DNA of 64,000 nt from Eledone cirrhosa (taxonomy: Eukaryota). The DNA lies in contig OZ024740.1 in assembly GCA_964016885.1 (NCBI GenBank), positions 92,628,001 through 92,692,000 on the forward strand, written 5' to 3'. Below the pieces are notes generated by a model, which ran no database searches, had not been told where the DNA came from, and was given only the letters and a program-made list of their open reading frames with translations. The stretch's first letter is position 1. Each line of letters starts with the position of its first letter. Below, piece after piece: positions 1 to 12,430 of this stretch. The translations under genes were made by a program, and so were the position numbers.

Positions 1-44
1 AGGTTATTGGGGAAGGTAGAGTAGAAAAGGAAGAGAGAAAAAAA

Positions 45-53
45 GGGGAGAGG

Positions 54-137
<84 letters not shown>

Positions 138-379
138 GATAGATGCAGGGGTTGGAGAAATGGGAGAGAGTGGTTTGTAGATATATTAATCAAAATGTTG
201 TGGTAGGGGTTTTATTATACTGGTTACTCTTAAAGCGACAACCTTAAGCGATGCATTGATAGTCAATGTTGGAATTATTTATTGCCACAGAGAGCAGCTT
301 CATAGATGTGGAGAGGGAGGGAGGTGGACCTAGGGCGAGAGGGAGGGAGAGAGAGAGATAAATATATAGATAGATAGAT

Positions 380-461
<82 letters not shown>
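45..461. repeat. (GA)n microsatellite tracts (about 45-140 and 345-461)
   Basis: Perfect or near-perfect GA runs; source of the poly-SL artefact ORFs. Representative of dozens of (TA)n, (CA)n and (GA)n tracts across the window. Confidence 0.97.
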
Positions 462-467
<6 letters not shown>

Positions 468-1043
468 TGGAGAGCGAGGGAGAGATAGAGAGGCGACAGG
501 CGAAAGCTATGAGATGGGTGTACATAGAGTTCATCATAGTAGGCTACAAATTGCACAAAGTTTCCATTTACAGTGATAAGCAGGGTATTGTCTTGTAGTG
601 TGGGGGAAGAGAAAGTTTTTTTAGCTAGAAAGCAATGTTATAGTTACGGGTTCGAATGTTACATTATTTTATAGTGAGAGAGCCAGTATAATAAATCCCC
701 TAACAACATTTTGATTAAGATATCTACAAACCACCCTCTCCCATTCCTCCAACCTCTGCATATCTATCGATCTCTCTCCCTCTCCCCTTCTTTTTTCTCT
801 TCCTTTTCTACTCTACCTTCCCCAATAATCTCACTTAAGGGTATTTACATTTTACATTTTAACCATTCTGCTCTGATGATACAGTGGTCACAGCATTTGA
901 TAATTGAGTTTTGCAAATAGTTTTAAATTTGCACATAGCAAAACTAGGCTGTATAACCACCGTGGAAACATTTGTAAGCACACAGAATAAATTACCTTTT
1001 TATGATGTTTACCTGTTATTATTCATTCTTTATATATATATAT

Positions 1044-1592
1044 ATATATTTGAAAAAAGGAAAAGAATGACTTCACTTGTAGTTCTAAATAATTTGATTT
1101 AATGTTATAATTGTTTCTACTCATGGCACAAGGCCAGCAATTACCCAGTGCATTACTGGTACTTTATTTTATAGATCCCGTAAGGTTGAAATGCAAAGTT
1201 AACCTGGCGGGATATGAACTCAGAATGGAAAGGGCCGTAATTTTGGCGTCAAACAATCAGGGCCCTTTCCATTCTGAGTTCAAATCCCGCCAATGTTAAC
1301 TTTGCCTTTCATCCTTACGGGGCCGATAAAATAAAGTACTAGTAATGCAATGGTTAATTGCTGGCCTTGTGCCAAAAGTAGAAACAATTATTTAATGTTA
1401 TAATACTATAATATTATGAGTTGGTAGATCTAGTAAGTTCATTGCCAACTTCGGTGGGAAGAATTTGAAAGATTCCTGGTTAACTTCCTCCAAGAAAGAT
1501 CTACCAACTCATAATATTATAATATTATGAAATTAATTCAAATTATTTACAACTACAAGTGAAGTCATTATTTTCCTTTTTTTCAAATATAT
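1044..1592. mobile_element. Foldback/MITE-like element with about 95-bp terminal inverted repeats; left arm interrupted by a SINE pair
   Basis: Left arm ATATTTGAAAAAAGGAAAAGAATGACTTCACTTGTAG...[insert]...TAATATTATGAGTTGGTAGATCT is the reverse complement of 1497-1592 (AGATCTACCAACTCATAATATTA...CTACAAGTGAAGTCATTATTTTCCTTTTTTTCAAATATAT). Confidence 0.75.
1108..1390. mobile_element. Head-to-head inverted pair of 5'-truncated tRNA-derived SINEs (MetaSINE-like central domain)
   Basis: Minus copy 1108-1240 and plus copy 1261-1390 share GAGTTCAAATCCCGCC..TTTGCCTTTCATCCTTACGGGG.CGATAAAATAAAGTAC...GTAGAAACAATTA. Flanking direct repeat ATTTAATGTTATAAT at 1097-1111 and 1390-1404. Confidence 0.85.
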
Positions 1593-4378
1593 TGTACCAA
1601 GGATCACACACATTTTCATATATATATATGTATGATAACAGAAGAGGCCCAACGATTTGATGAACGAACGCGACCACACAAATGATTCCGCAAACCTGCC
1701 TCGTTCCTGTATATTCTTCTACTGATGTAAACTACACTCGTTGTGTGTATCTGTGTGTCTGTGTGTGTGTGTGCACGTCTATGGAGATGTTGATTGTCCA
1801 TGTGCATAAAGGAATTGATAGACTCAGGTATGTATATACAACAGTGTTAAACTTGTGTAGACATAATAGGATTGTAGGCGTGGGGATATATTTATATCTT
1901 GGAAGATGCCACTCCCAATATGTCCATGTTTCTATGTGACAATATTATAGGTGTATCAGCTGACGTAATTGCGTATATTTCATTGGAACATTAGAATTTT
2001 AGAAGAGCGACAACCAAACAAATATATTATTATCGTACGAACAAAAGAAGAAAAAACTTAATTAAACAATACAGCAGACTTGCAGAATATGTTCTGATAC
2101 ACTAAACAAAAACTTGAGCAACAATTTAGAATATTCCTTTCATAGTGAGGCGCATCTGTTTGACTTCAAGAGTCTCTCTTACATTGAGGATGTAAACATC
2201 GCAGTGAATTTCCTTGCAATCGATTGAAAACGCTTGTTGTTGAAATTTAAAAGCTATTTTCTGTTATCTTATTGTTTGTCTATCACATGCTAATGATGTG
2301 TCTGCGTATCATAGCTGACAACTACTTTCAGCTGAATAACTTATGCGTGTATTCACAACAATAAAACTTCCACCGACGTTGTCAATATTGGCAGAAAAAC
2401 CTGCAGGAAGTATAATGAAAAGGAACAATAAATTTCAGTTTTTTTTGCACCTGTAAACATAATATATTTGAACAAACAATATAGAGTGAGAGGGGTAAGC
2501 TGTCAGAATTACTGAATATCGCCCGTCGCTTTCTTCAGCAAGCATTATAAAACATTTGTCAGTCGCTTTTCCTATTTTACAATGAAGAAAGAAGAAAAGA
2601 AGGGAAATAAGTCAAAAGACAAAAAGACGTCCTCTGTAAACGAAAATAAAGATAATTGATCAAAGGCTTGTATGGATTAACGAGGAGTTCTATATTGTTA
2701 GTATTTGTGAGTTGAAACCTCTTCAAATAGCGCTAGTGACAATACATTTTATCATATATTAGCTCCTGCTCTCGCTAAATTAATGATATACTTCATTGAT
2801 ACTCCGTAAGTCTAGATTTTATAAACTTCGCTTTGATCCTATTATTTTTATTCCTTCTATTGTGTCATGTTTTTTTAATTTAGTTTGAATGTTTGTCTGT
2901 ATGTATGTATGTATATATATATACATGTGTGTATGTATGTTTGATGTATGTATGTGTGCATACATGCATACATGCTTACATCGATCCACTATTCTATACA
3001 TAGAAACGATCATACATATTTAAATACATACATGTGTATATACATTATGCCTTTATCTTTATACCTGCTTTGATATAATTTAGTTTAAGACGGTGTTGAA
3101 AGAAATCTTTCATCTTTAATGAATTGACGATTAACAGAAATTGTTTAATCGGTGTTCTTTCGAAACGTATAAATAAAGCTAATATGAAATATATATATAT
3201 ATGTGATGATGATGGTGATGACGATGATTGTTATGGTGATGGTGGTGGTGATGATGATGGTGAAAGTTCTTTAACATATAAAATGTTGGTATGTAATTTA
3301 TATCCAGTGTTTGAAGTGTGTAAACGTGCATTTCCGGAGAATTGAATATAAAACAAAATGCGTATATATATTTTCAATGCTCTGGCCCACATAATTCTCC
3401 TTATTCTTTCTCACTTTATCTTTTCTCTTTATTTTTCTGTAGTTTTTGTGTCCACCTCATATATATATATGGTGAGAAAATCGCACACATTTTACGCACA
3501 GAAATATCCTATTGATGTTTATAATACCGATAGATATATCAGGTCCACAGTGTAATATTCGTGCACAAAGCAGCATTAATCATATGGAACTTCACGATCA
3601 GAAATCGAGGGAAAAAGTGCATCAAACAAAACCTCGCTTTCAACTTGTGTATTTGTGATTTGAATAACTCATTCGATACTCATAATATGAGTGCCTTGTG
3701 AATGATACTCTCAAGATTTGTAAATATATTTAAGAGAATTGTCATGAAATTCATATTTGCCACTTAATCATCAAATTTCAAGGATGCGTAAAGAGTAATT
3801 ACAAGTTTCATCCCTATCAGACACGAAAAGAACTTAAAGCTATTCCAAATCTAATTTCTACGTTATATGGACGTCCTCTTTAATTTATATCCAGTTTAAA
3901 GTATCAAATAAGATCTCGTGTCAGCACTGAGCGTTATATATATAAAATGAATAGCTGAGGGTTTGTATTGAGAACTCATACCCACTCTCATTTAATATGT
4001 AGATATACTTAGATACACACAGACACACACGCATACATACATACAGAATGTTTTTCAATTTGAAACATAAATTAACAAATTATGATAGGCAACACAAGTA
4101 GAGAACTTGTATAATCTGACCGTTCACAAGTTTTACTTTAATATGCTAGATAATAGAGTTAACTTGATAATGTCTCTGAGAAATTCGATGTAGTTACGTT
4201 CCGTTCATATGAAATTTTGTCATAATCAATTACTTATTTAACAAGTTTGTAAGCTCGGACATTGCAAATATTTATATGAACCCTGAGGAAAATCATTCTT
4301 TGATTATGTGTCAACAATGGGTATTGGCAAAAGAATCTGAAGTGTGCTCTCTGCTTTATAAATATGCCTACATAAAGA

Positions 4379-4474
4379 ATATCACACTAATAACATAGTG
4401 AGTAAGAATCCATATTAGGTATATATATATATATATATACCGAATATGGATTCTTACTCACCATGCTAATAGTA

Positions 4475-4480
<6 letters not shown>
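4379..4480. repeat. Short imperfect inverted repeat (about 42-bp arms) centred on a (TA)n tract
   Basis: CATAGTGAGTAAGAATCCATATTAGG-(TA)n-CCGAATATGGATTCTTACTCACCATG. Confidence 0.8.
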
Positions 4481-4541
<61 letters not shown>

Positions 4542-6322
4542 CACATTATTGTAAACTTATCATGCGTAAGAGTACTGTCTGGAATCATATATATGCTTAA
4601 ACGCACATACACACACACACACACACTCACACACACAACCACACACCCACATACACACACACACGCACATACACATACACATACAGACACATACACACAA
4701 ACATACACACACACACATACGTTAATCGTTAGGACGAACCTATTGTCTCGTGAGAACAGGATTGGCTCGGTTGTGATGGTTATAAGGTAAGTTTTGTAAG
4801 TTGAGATCCTAAACCGACAAAGAATCGTAAATGTTATTTCATAAATTATAATACATAACACAATTAAATAGACACAATTTAAATCATGATCCTATAATCC
4901 CGGGCTTACTTGATAACCACCCACTCTCCTTATTTAAAGTTCCCGAAACTAGGAGTACTCACAATCCATACTACATATATGTGCAACTAATCGCCTATCC
5001 TTCTCCATTCTTTATCAGTAAGGAAGCATACTTACCAACACTCCAACACAAACCTATCTTTACTCCTCATATCAAAGAACAAACCGATACATCAGAGATA
5101 TAGCTAAAATTAGTCGAGCCCTGAGACCATATCACTTAGACGGCCACTTGCATTCAATGAAATAAAATGAATTGCCATACGTAGAAAAAAAGGATGAATA
5201 CGAACCAAATTGTATCCATGAACTAAAGCCAGTCGAATTTATTTTGGTAGCTAATGCATTTAAAATATGGATAGAGATAAAGAGATAAACGATTCTTATG
5301 CATGGCATATTTTACGTACAATATTTATGTGTAATATTGTTGTACAAAATAGTCTGTTGTACCATTTAGCTTGGTGTAGTGACGCGTATGACGTAAAATA
5401 TGAAATTAGACAATCGTTTTACGCGTTTTGGGATTGCATATATGAATATATTTATAGAACTGCATTAAAACAGTCAGATAAATAGCGCAGGAATACTCAA
5501 AATTAATTCATATTCCATTTATTAATCAAATTTAGTATAAGGATAATGGCAACGCTGATAGTTTCATAATTGATGCTGTGTGAAAATTACATTTTCTAAG
5601 ATTGAAAATTGAACTATGCTAACATTTTGTGTATCGTTGTCGCATAAAACATGTGTAATTTGAATACGTTGGTAATTGCATTGTTTTTTACTTAAATAAT
5701 ATCATAGATATTGTATTTAATGAACAATTACATACACTAGACTTATATTAATGAATACGTTAAGAATTTCTATCGTAATTAACGATATTCATGTCTTGCT
5801 TTACGCATGCACCTGATATTCTCAGAAAAATACGAGAACATACCAGCTGCTGGAAGCGTGCTGAACGTTCCGTTCTAAATAATAATTTAACTTAAGTTAT
5901 CAATGAGTGAATGTTGAACACATATATGTGTGGAACTATTATGAATGTTATTAAACTGTCAGCTATCAGTGTTCAACTATTGAAAGCAAAATACTGATTC
6001 AATCATTTTGCTTTCCAGTTAACGATGATGGTGAGTGTAGCAGAGTAATAACGATAACCCTCGCAAGTACTCTAAATACAAATATGTATTTATATTTATG
6101 TGTACATCACATTTTAATGTGTTTTCAGAGTAGAATAGGCAGGATAAACTAATTGGTCAATTATTGAGTAGGAATTAAACGGCCACGGATTAACATTATT
6201 GAAATTATGTATCGGGAAATGAACATCTCTATCATATTTAAAAAATCAGAAGAACCGTCCATTGGGCGGTTTTCTGCTGGCATATGTAGTGTGCTAATTG
6301 GTGTTATACGCAAATATATATA

Positions 6323-6382
<60 letters not shown>

Positions 6383-6384
6383 AA

Positions 6385-6527
6385 TGTGGTTGGTGTTAGG
6401 AAGGGCATCCAGCTGTAGAAAACCCGCCAGATAGTCTTATGCGAGCAAGACAACCACTCTTGCCTCAAGTGGGAACACTCCCGTCCAAACCCATGCAAGT
6501 GTGGAACATGGACGTTAAACGATGATG

Positions 6528-6530
<3 letters not shown>
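6385..6530 (+). mobile_element. 3' part of a SINE with (GAT)n tail, embedded in (TA)n
   Basis: GTTGGTGTTAGGAAGGGCATCCAGCTGTAGAAAA...CCATGCAAGTGTGGAACATGGACGTTAAACGATGATGAT resembles an abundant octopus SINE segment (recognised from memory, not searched). Confidence 0.6.
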
Positions 6531-6561
<31 letters not shown>

Positions 6562-6589
6562 AAATTGGAAAATAAATTGAACATATCTT

Positions 6590-7225
6590 CTTCTTCGCCC
6601 ACTTATTTCAGAGAGAGTCATGGGGGCAGAGTCCTTCTCAAACACTCCTTCAAAAAGAGTCTCTCAAAAGCAAGCATCTCTTCCTGCTGCTGCTGGATCC
6701 TAAAGGATGACTAGCCAATCTCAGGTATGTAATCCAAATATCTTGCTCAGGGTCTACCTCTGGGTCTTTTGCCGGTATCTTTTGCCTGTAAAATCTGTCC
6801 AGCGATTCTTTCCTGAGATATTCTAACTACGTGCTCCAAGTATCGAAGATGTGATCTCTCAATCCGGAGAAATAGCCAATCTACCAAGAGAGACTCTCTG
6901 ATCTTCGAGCTATGCACTTTATTGAGTAACGTTGCTCCAAAGAACCTTTGGGGTAATTACATTTCGGCAGCTTGTATTTGAAATTGTATTCATTACCTAA
7001 GATCCATGGCCCTAGGTAAGTTTTGGCAGAAGTACCAGGAAGACAGCCAGTTTGTCTTTTACACTTACCTCCGTTATTCTGGTTACCGAGTGCTGAAACT
7101 GGTGCATTAGTGCATAAGCTTTTGCAATTCTTGCACTTAATTCAGCCTCCAGGCTTCCATCAATAAGGAACACGGCCCTGAGATACTTAAATTTAACTAC
7201 ATGCTTCAGTGGAACTCCATTCTAA
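6590..7225 (-). pseudogene. RTE-clade LINE 3' remnant (post-RT region)
   Basis: Minus-strand translation gives FKYL...ELSARIAKA and LRIERSHLRYLEHVVRISQERIAGQILQAKDTGKRPRGRP, typical of the RTE C-terminus; same family as 39950-40350. Confidence 0.75.
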
Positions 7226-7454
7226 TGTATATACATTTGAACGACTTCTGTTGTTCCGTCCGTCACAATATGTGTGTGTTTATTTGTGTGAATGTATGTG
7301 TGTGTAAAAGGAAGCAAAGGTATACACACATCTAAATGTGTCTAACTCAAAGATGGTAACACACTCACGCACAAACACAGACACAAACATACACACACAC
7401 ACATACTCATACATATACACACACACACATATACGCACACACACACACACACAG

Positions 7455-7498
<44 letters not shown>

Positions 7499-7499
<1 letters not shown>

Positions 7500-8529
7500 T
7501 GTGGTTTCACAACAGTTAGTTCACCATACCCCAGAACAGTTGTTTCACATTATCGCATCCTCAGCTCGTAATAGACATGGTTATATGGAACAGGAAGGAC
7601 AACCGTACGAACACGCATGTGCAGAAACGATCATTCCCCACAGACAATACTAAACTGCGTGCGAGAGGTGTAAGGGAGATAACTGCGAAAGTCGGAAAGT
7701 TTCTAGTTGATAAGATAGTTAGAATGTTGAGGCAATTCTATCCGGAGGTTTGTAGTTATGTAAGATGTGTTTGCAGACGTGTGGACAACGTGTGAAAAAT
7801 TCAAATCTTGATTTTAGGCAATCACTATTGCGTAATCTCTTTAGAATAGTTATTCTTTCATCAATACATAGTCCACACGGGTGCTCTTGTCGTAAGCCCG
7901 AAGCTTGTCCCCTTCAACAACAATGCAACACATTCGCTGTAGTTTACGAAGCTGTGGTCACTTCCGCGTATGGCGGAGCGCCGATTTAAGGAACGCTTCC
8001 TGAACCACCAGTCGACCTTTAGCTACCCGGACAGACGTTCATCCATGAAACTCGCGAGCCACGTATGGTCCCTCAAGGACTCACGTATAGACTACTCGAT
8101 TCACTGGAAAGCCATCATTCAGTCCAAGCCATACGCAAGGGGCAATCCGTCGTGTGGACTATGTATTGATGAACGAATAAATATTCTAAAGAGATTACGC
8201 AATAGTGATTGCCTAAACACAAGATTTGATTTTTTTCACACGTTGTCCACACGTCTCGAAACACCTCTTACATAACTACAAAGCTCCGGGTTGAATTATA
8301 ACAACCTCCTAATTTCCTTATCAACTAGAAACTTTCGGACTTTCGCAGTTATCTCCCTTACAACTCTCGCACGTAATTTAGTATTGCCTGTGGGAAGTGA
8401 TGATTTCTGCGCATGCGTGCTCGTACGGTACTCCTTCCTGTTTCGTATAACCATGTCCCTTAGGAGCTGAGGATCCGCTGAGGTGAAACAATTGTTCTCG
8501 GTATGGTGAACTAACATTTGTGTAACCAC
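7499..8529 (+). mobile_element. 5'-truncated Penelope-like element (Naiad-like GIY-YIG C-terminus) with an inverted copy of its 3' end
   Basis: 7880-8290 encodes CSCRKPEACPLQQQC..VVYEAVV..FKERFLNH..LASHVWSLK..CGLCIDERINI..LNTR (frameshifted). 7499-7880 is the reverse complement of 8148-8529. Confidence 0.8.
8464..8499 (+). ncRNA. Minimal type I hammerhead-like motif in PLE pseudo-LTR (degenerate inverted copy at about 7532-7566, minus strand)
   Basis: GAG-CTGAGGA-tccgctgaggt-GAAA-CAATTG-TT-CTC: CUGANGA and GAAA core, palindromic stem III, GAG/CTC stem I. Stem II is weak. Confidence 0.55.
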
Positions 8530-9562
8530 TTCTCCCTAACTCAACACATGGACTGAGTGCTTTACCACTACTGATATTAGCTTCGAGTGTTCTACCATGC
8601 ACATACACCCACACGTCTCTAAATTAAGAACGGCGACAATCTAACGCGCGCATATACACACTGTCCTATTACCACTTTAGATATTTGACCCAGGTAATCA
8701 TCCCCTCAATTTTAGAACCGTCTAGGTTGTCCTGAATTGAGGGACATGACAGTTTGTCCTGTGCCTCTAGTCAAAATGCAGGTCCCCTATCTGAGACGTC
8801 ACAGTTAGTGACTCTTTTGCTCCTTTCCACATCCTGGATGCAGCGGTTACGGGCTAGAGCATCTGCAGCTGAACGGAACAAAATCCTAAAATACCGTTAT
8901 CTCTCGGCTAACTACATTTTTCAGACAGGAGTTCGAGACGTTTGGGTGAGTTGGGCTACAAACAGCGAGTTTCTTATCTTCACTGGCGGCTCGCCTAACT
9001 GAACTAACTGGTGATACTCGTGAGGGTACTTGGTTGTTCCAGCACCTCAGCCTCTTCTTCACTCGCACTAGCGCTGCGAGCGTGCTGGCTTATCTCAAAC
9101 ATTATTATAGAGGTTTCGCAGTGTGCTAGCTATATTGTTAGCGTTTGTTCTGGTAGCGCCTTGGCTCGTTTCTCCACCCGTTTCGAAGTCAATGTGTTAA
9201 ATGTGGTCCTAGCGTTGCCTGCGTTTGTGTTTTGTTTCTCTTTCTTGTTTTCCTTTCCCTTTCCTCTATATATGTTATATTCATTTGTGTTCATAAGATA
9301 AGCAAATAAAAATTAAACTATTTCCAAATTTATCGAACGCTGATATCATGACCATATGCGTATGTGTGTGTTGGTGTAAATGTATGAATGTGCTTGTGTG
9401 AAAGTGTTCAATTGTGTGAATGTATGTCTGTGAGTGTATACTTTGGAAGTGTGTACGTGTTTGGGTGATTAGTTATATAATCATACATATAAATTGACGT
9501 ATATGCACATACACGACAGCGTGAAAAAAAACCCATCCTAATCACTTCATCATTCTCTTTCA

Positions 9563-9662
<100 letters not shown>

Positions 9663-9719
9663 CTCTCTCTCCCTCTCTCTCTATCAACTCTCTCCCCCTC
9701 TCTCTCTCTCTCTTTGTAA

Positions 9720-9763
<44 letters not shown>

Positions 9764-9767
<4 letters not shown>

Positions 9768-10647
9768 GGAGCACTCCAGCCAGTATCCCAAAGAACTCTG
9801 TCATCCCATCAGGTGTAATGACTAGGGCTTTGGTGTTGGTGTAGAGCAGTGATATCAGGTCGACTATCTTCTTGGTGATTTCATAAGCCTCTACGAACTT
9901 CATTAGGCATTGAGGGTCCACAGAATTAAAGGCCTTCCTAAAATCAATGAAAACCATGGCCACAAGAAGGCACTTTTTCTAGCGCCCTCTAATATCCTCC
10001 TCGGCATCAGGATGTGACTGGTGGTTGATCTTCCCCCTCTGACGCGGTTATGTTTGTCCCTGAGCTTCTTCTCCGTCTCAGGCTGGATCCTGTTAAGAAT
10101 CATCCTTTTTGAGGGTCTTGGCCACAAGTGACGTCAGTGAAATCCCCCTGTAGGTGTTGGTGTTAGAGAGATCTCCCTTCTTTGGCACTGGACGATGCTA
10201 CTGATCATACACTGATTCGGGGCAACTCCTTTCTCCAGTGCCTGGTTACAGACCCCAGGAAGATATAATCAAAATGACACCTCTTCATCACCTCTGATGC
10301 CACTCCACCTTCGCCATGAGCCTTGCCCTCCTTGATCTTCTTCTTGGCTCTCTGAAGCTCCTCTAAGGTCAAGGGCTCTGTCTCAATATCCAGTTCTTCA
10401 AACAGTCGCCTGATCTTCCCAGTGCTCTGGGCCAAGGCGGGCGGCTCTCCTTGTAGGGTCCTAAAATGATCCGGCCATTTCATCTTCCTATCCTTAGCTC
10501 TACATGGACACACTGGAAGAGGAAGACCAAGATTAACGTATGTTAAGGACAGACACTGGTCTGTTGGAGACGCAGGACATGGCAGCTATTATGAGGGACA
10601 GAAACCGCGGGAGAGAACTCGTCCATGGATCTCGGGAATTTTACCCG

Positions 10648-10650
<3 letters not shown>
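9764..10650. mobile_element. RTE-like LINE fragment with 5' inversion (RT part on minus 9764-10514; 3' end on plus 10515-10650)
   Basis: Minus strand: PVPKKGDLSNTNTYRGISLTS..GRSTTSHI..VFIDFRKAFNSV..GVLQG. Plus strand: GRGRPRLTYV..DTGL..MRDR, then (TA)n. Confidence 0.75.
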
Positions 10651-10710
<60 letters not shown>

Positions 10711-10827
10711 TAAACGGAATAGAAAATGCTGACAAATTGTTCACAGTTGAAAAATGGTTTAATTAGGAATAAAAGAGTATTAGTAATTGTATGGGCTAGT
10801 ATTCAGATGTGGTTTTAAATTTTTAAG

Positions 10828-10866
10828 TTTTTACCGATTGCGCATTTCAAAATGCTTTTCAAAAAT
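10828..10866 (-). ncRNA. Variant hammerhead-like motif (UUGAAAA core, GCAA instead of GAAA)
   Basis: Reverse complement: ttt-TTGAAAA-GCATTT-tg-AAATGC-GCAA-TCGG-TA-aaa. Same layout conserved at 62899-62934. Confidence 0.5.
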
Positions 10867-11416
10867 AATTTTGAGATAGAGTGTCCGTGTTGTTTGCTCT
10901 GATCTGATTAGTTTGGGGAATTCTACCTGTTTTTATGTTATAAAAGTGGCTCCAGCGCTACTTTGGTGTTGCAAAAATTCTTGTGGTCAAAACAATTTTG
11001 ATTGGTCGGTGGAGGTCATGTGAATGTAAAAAATTGATTTTGCGCCAAGACTGTTTTTATGTTAAAAAAGTGGCTCCAGCGCTACTTGGTGTTGCACAAA
11101 TTCTTGTGGTCAAAACAATTTTGATTGGTCGGTAGAGGTCATGTGAATAAAAAATTGATTTTGCGCTAAGACTGAGAAATGACTCTTTCACAACAAATAT
11201 GTGTGTGTGTGTGTGTGTAGTAGTAGTAAAGTGTTCGATGTTGTGATAATGGTTAGCAGGGATGTGTGTCAAATGGCTATTAAGATAAGTGTGTGTGTGT
11301 GTGTATATAGCAGAGTAATTCATGGTATCGGGATCGTCAGTAGGAATGTGTCTGTAAGCAGTGGGGGGTATTTTAACATGTCAAAATATATTTTTCAGCT
11401 TTTGTCTTATACGGAG

Positions 11417-11452
<36 letters not shown>

Positions 11453-11679
11453 GTGTGTGTGTGTGTGTGTATAAGTCTCTTTGTATGTTAATGTACGCGT
11501 GTTTATGTGTGTGTGTGTGTGTATATATATGTGCGTGTGTGTGTGTGAGAATGTGTGTGTGGGGGGGACCAGTATTTTTTCCCCTGGTAAAATGGTGTAC
11601 ATTATTCGATATTTTCAGTAAAATCGGTTCTCTTAATAGAACATCAAACATCTTAACAATAAAAGGTGTGAAATGATAT

Positions 11680-11736
<57 letters not shown>

Positions 11737-11929
11737 TCACTATATATATATATATATATACATATACACATATTTTTTTTTGCACCATGGAGCATGTGTG
11801 TTTACGTATGTCATTGTGTTTATATGTGGGTAGAGATGTGTGCTGATGTAGGTATGTATGTTGACGTGTGTATGTTGTGGGTTCGTCTTAGGGAGAAGTG
11901 TTTAGACGGGGTCCGTATTTGTTAATAAA

Positions 11930-12430
11930 TTAAGATTCCTTGCTGATGCGGTGGGTGTGGGTGGCATTATCTTTAAATTTGTAGATGGGAAAGATTCTGA
12001 AGTTGGGATGATTTTGGTCGGCACAGGTATCAATGTGTTCACTCAGTGGTATTTTCCTGTATTCCCGTATATTAATTTGGGATCTATGGACAGTCATGCG
12101 TTGGCGGAGGCTGTTTTTGGTCTGGCCTATGTATTGTTCTCGACAACCTGAGCAAGTTAATACATATATTAGATTTTCCGATGCACATGTGAAATTGTGT
12201 TTTACTATAAAACGTTGTCCTTCTTTGAAATAGAATTCCGAACCCTCTATTAGGTTGATGCAAATGCCACAGTTGGGTCTATCGCATTTTTTTACTGTGG
12301 GTTTCGTTGTTGTGGTTGGCAGTACTTTGGCATGTGTTAGGATGTTTTTCATTGACTTGGATTGTCTTTTGCTCTTTATGATATCGTATGTTCGTAGGAT
12401 TTGGTTCATTCTATGGTCCTTTTTCAACAC
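11930..12430 (-). pseudogene. PLE Cys-rich linker plus GIY-YIG endonuclease (truncated element)
   Basis: CDRPNCGIC..NLIYVLTCSGCREQYIGQTKNSLRQRMTVH; closely similar to the C-terminus of 51092-53368. Confidence 0.9.

Noticed and set aside
2140-2402. Minus-strand exon after a good acceptor (CTTCCTGCAG)
   Set aside because: The frames I translated contain stops and no recognisable domain.
8700-9260. GC-richer segment with short ORFs
   Set aside because: No recognisable motifs or termini; probably an unclassified TE fragment that I cannot support.
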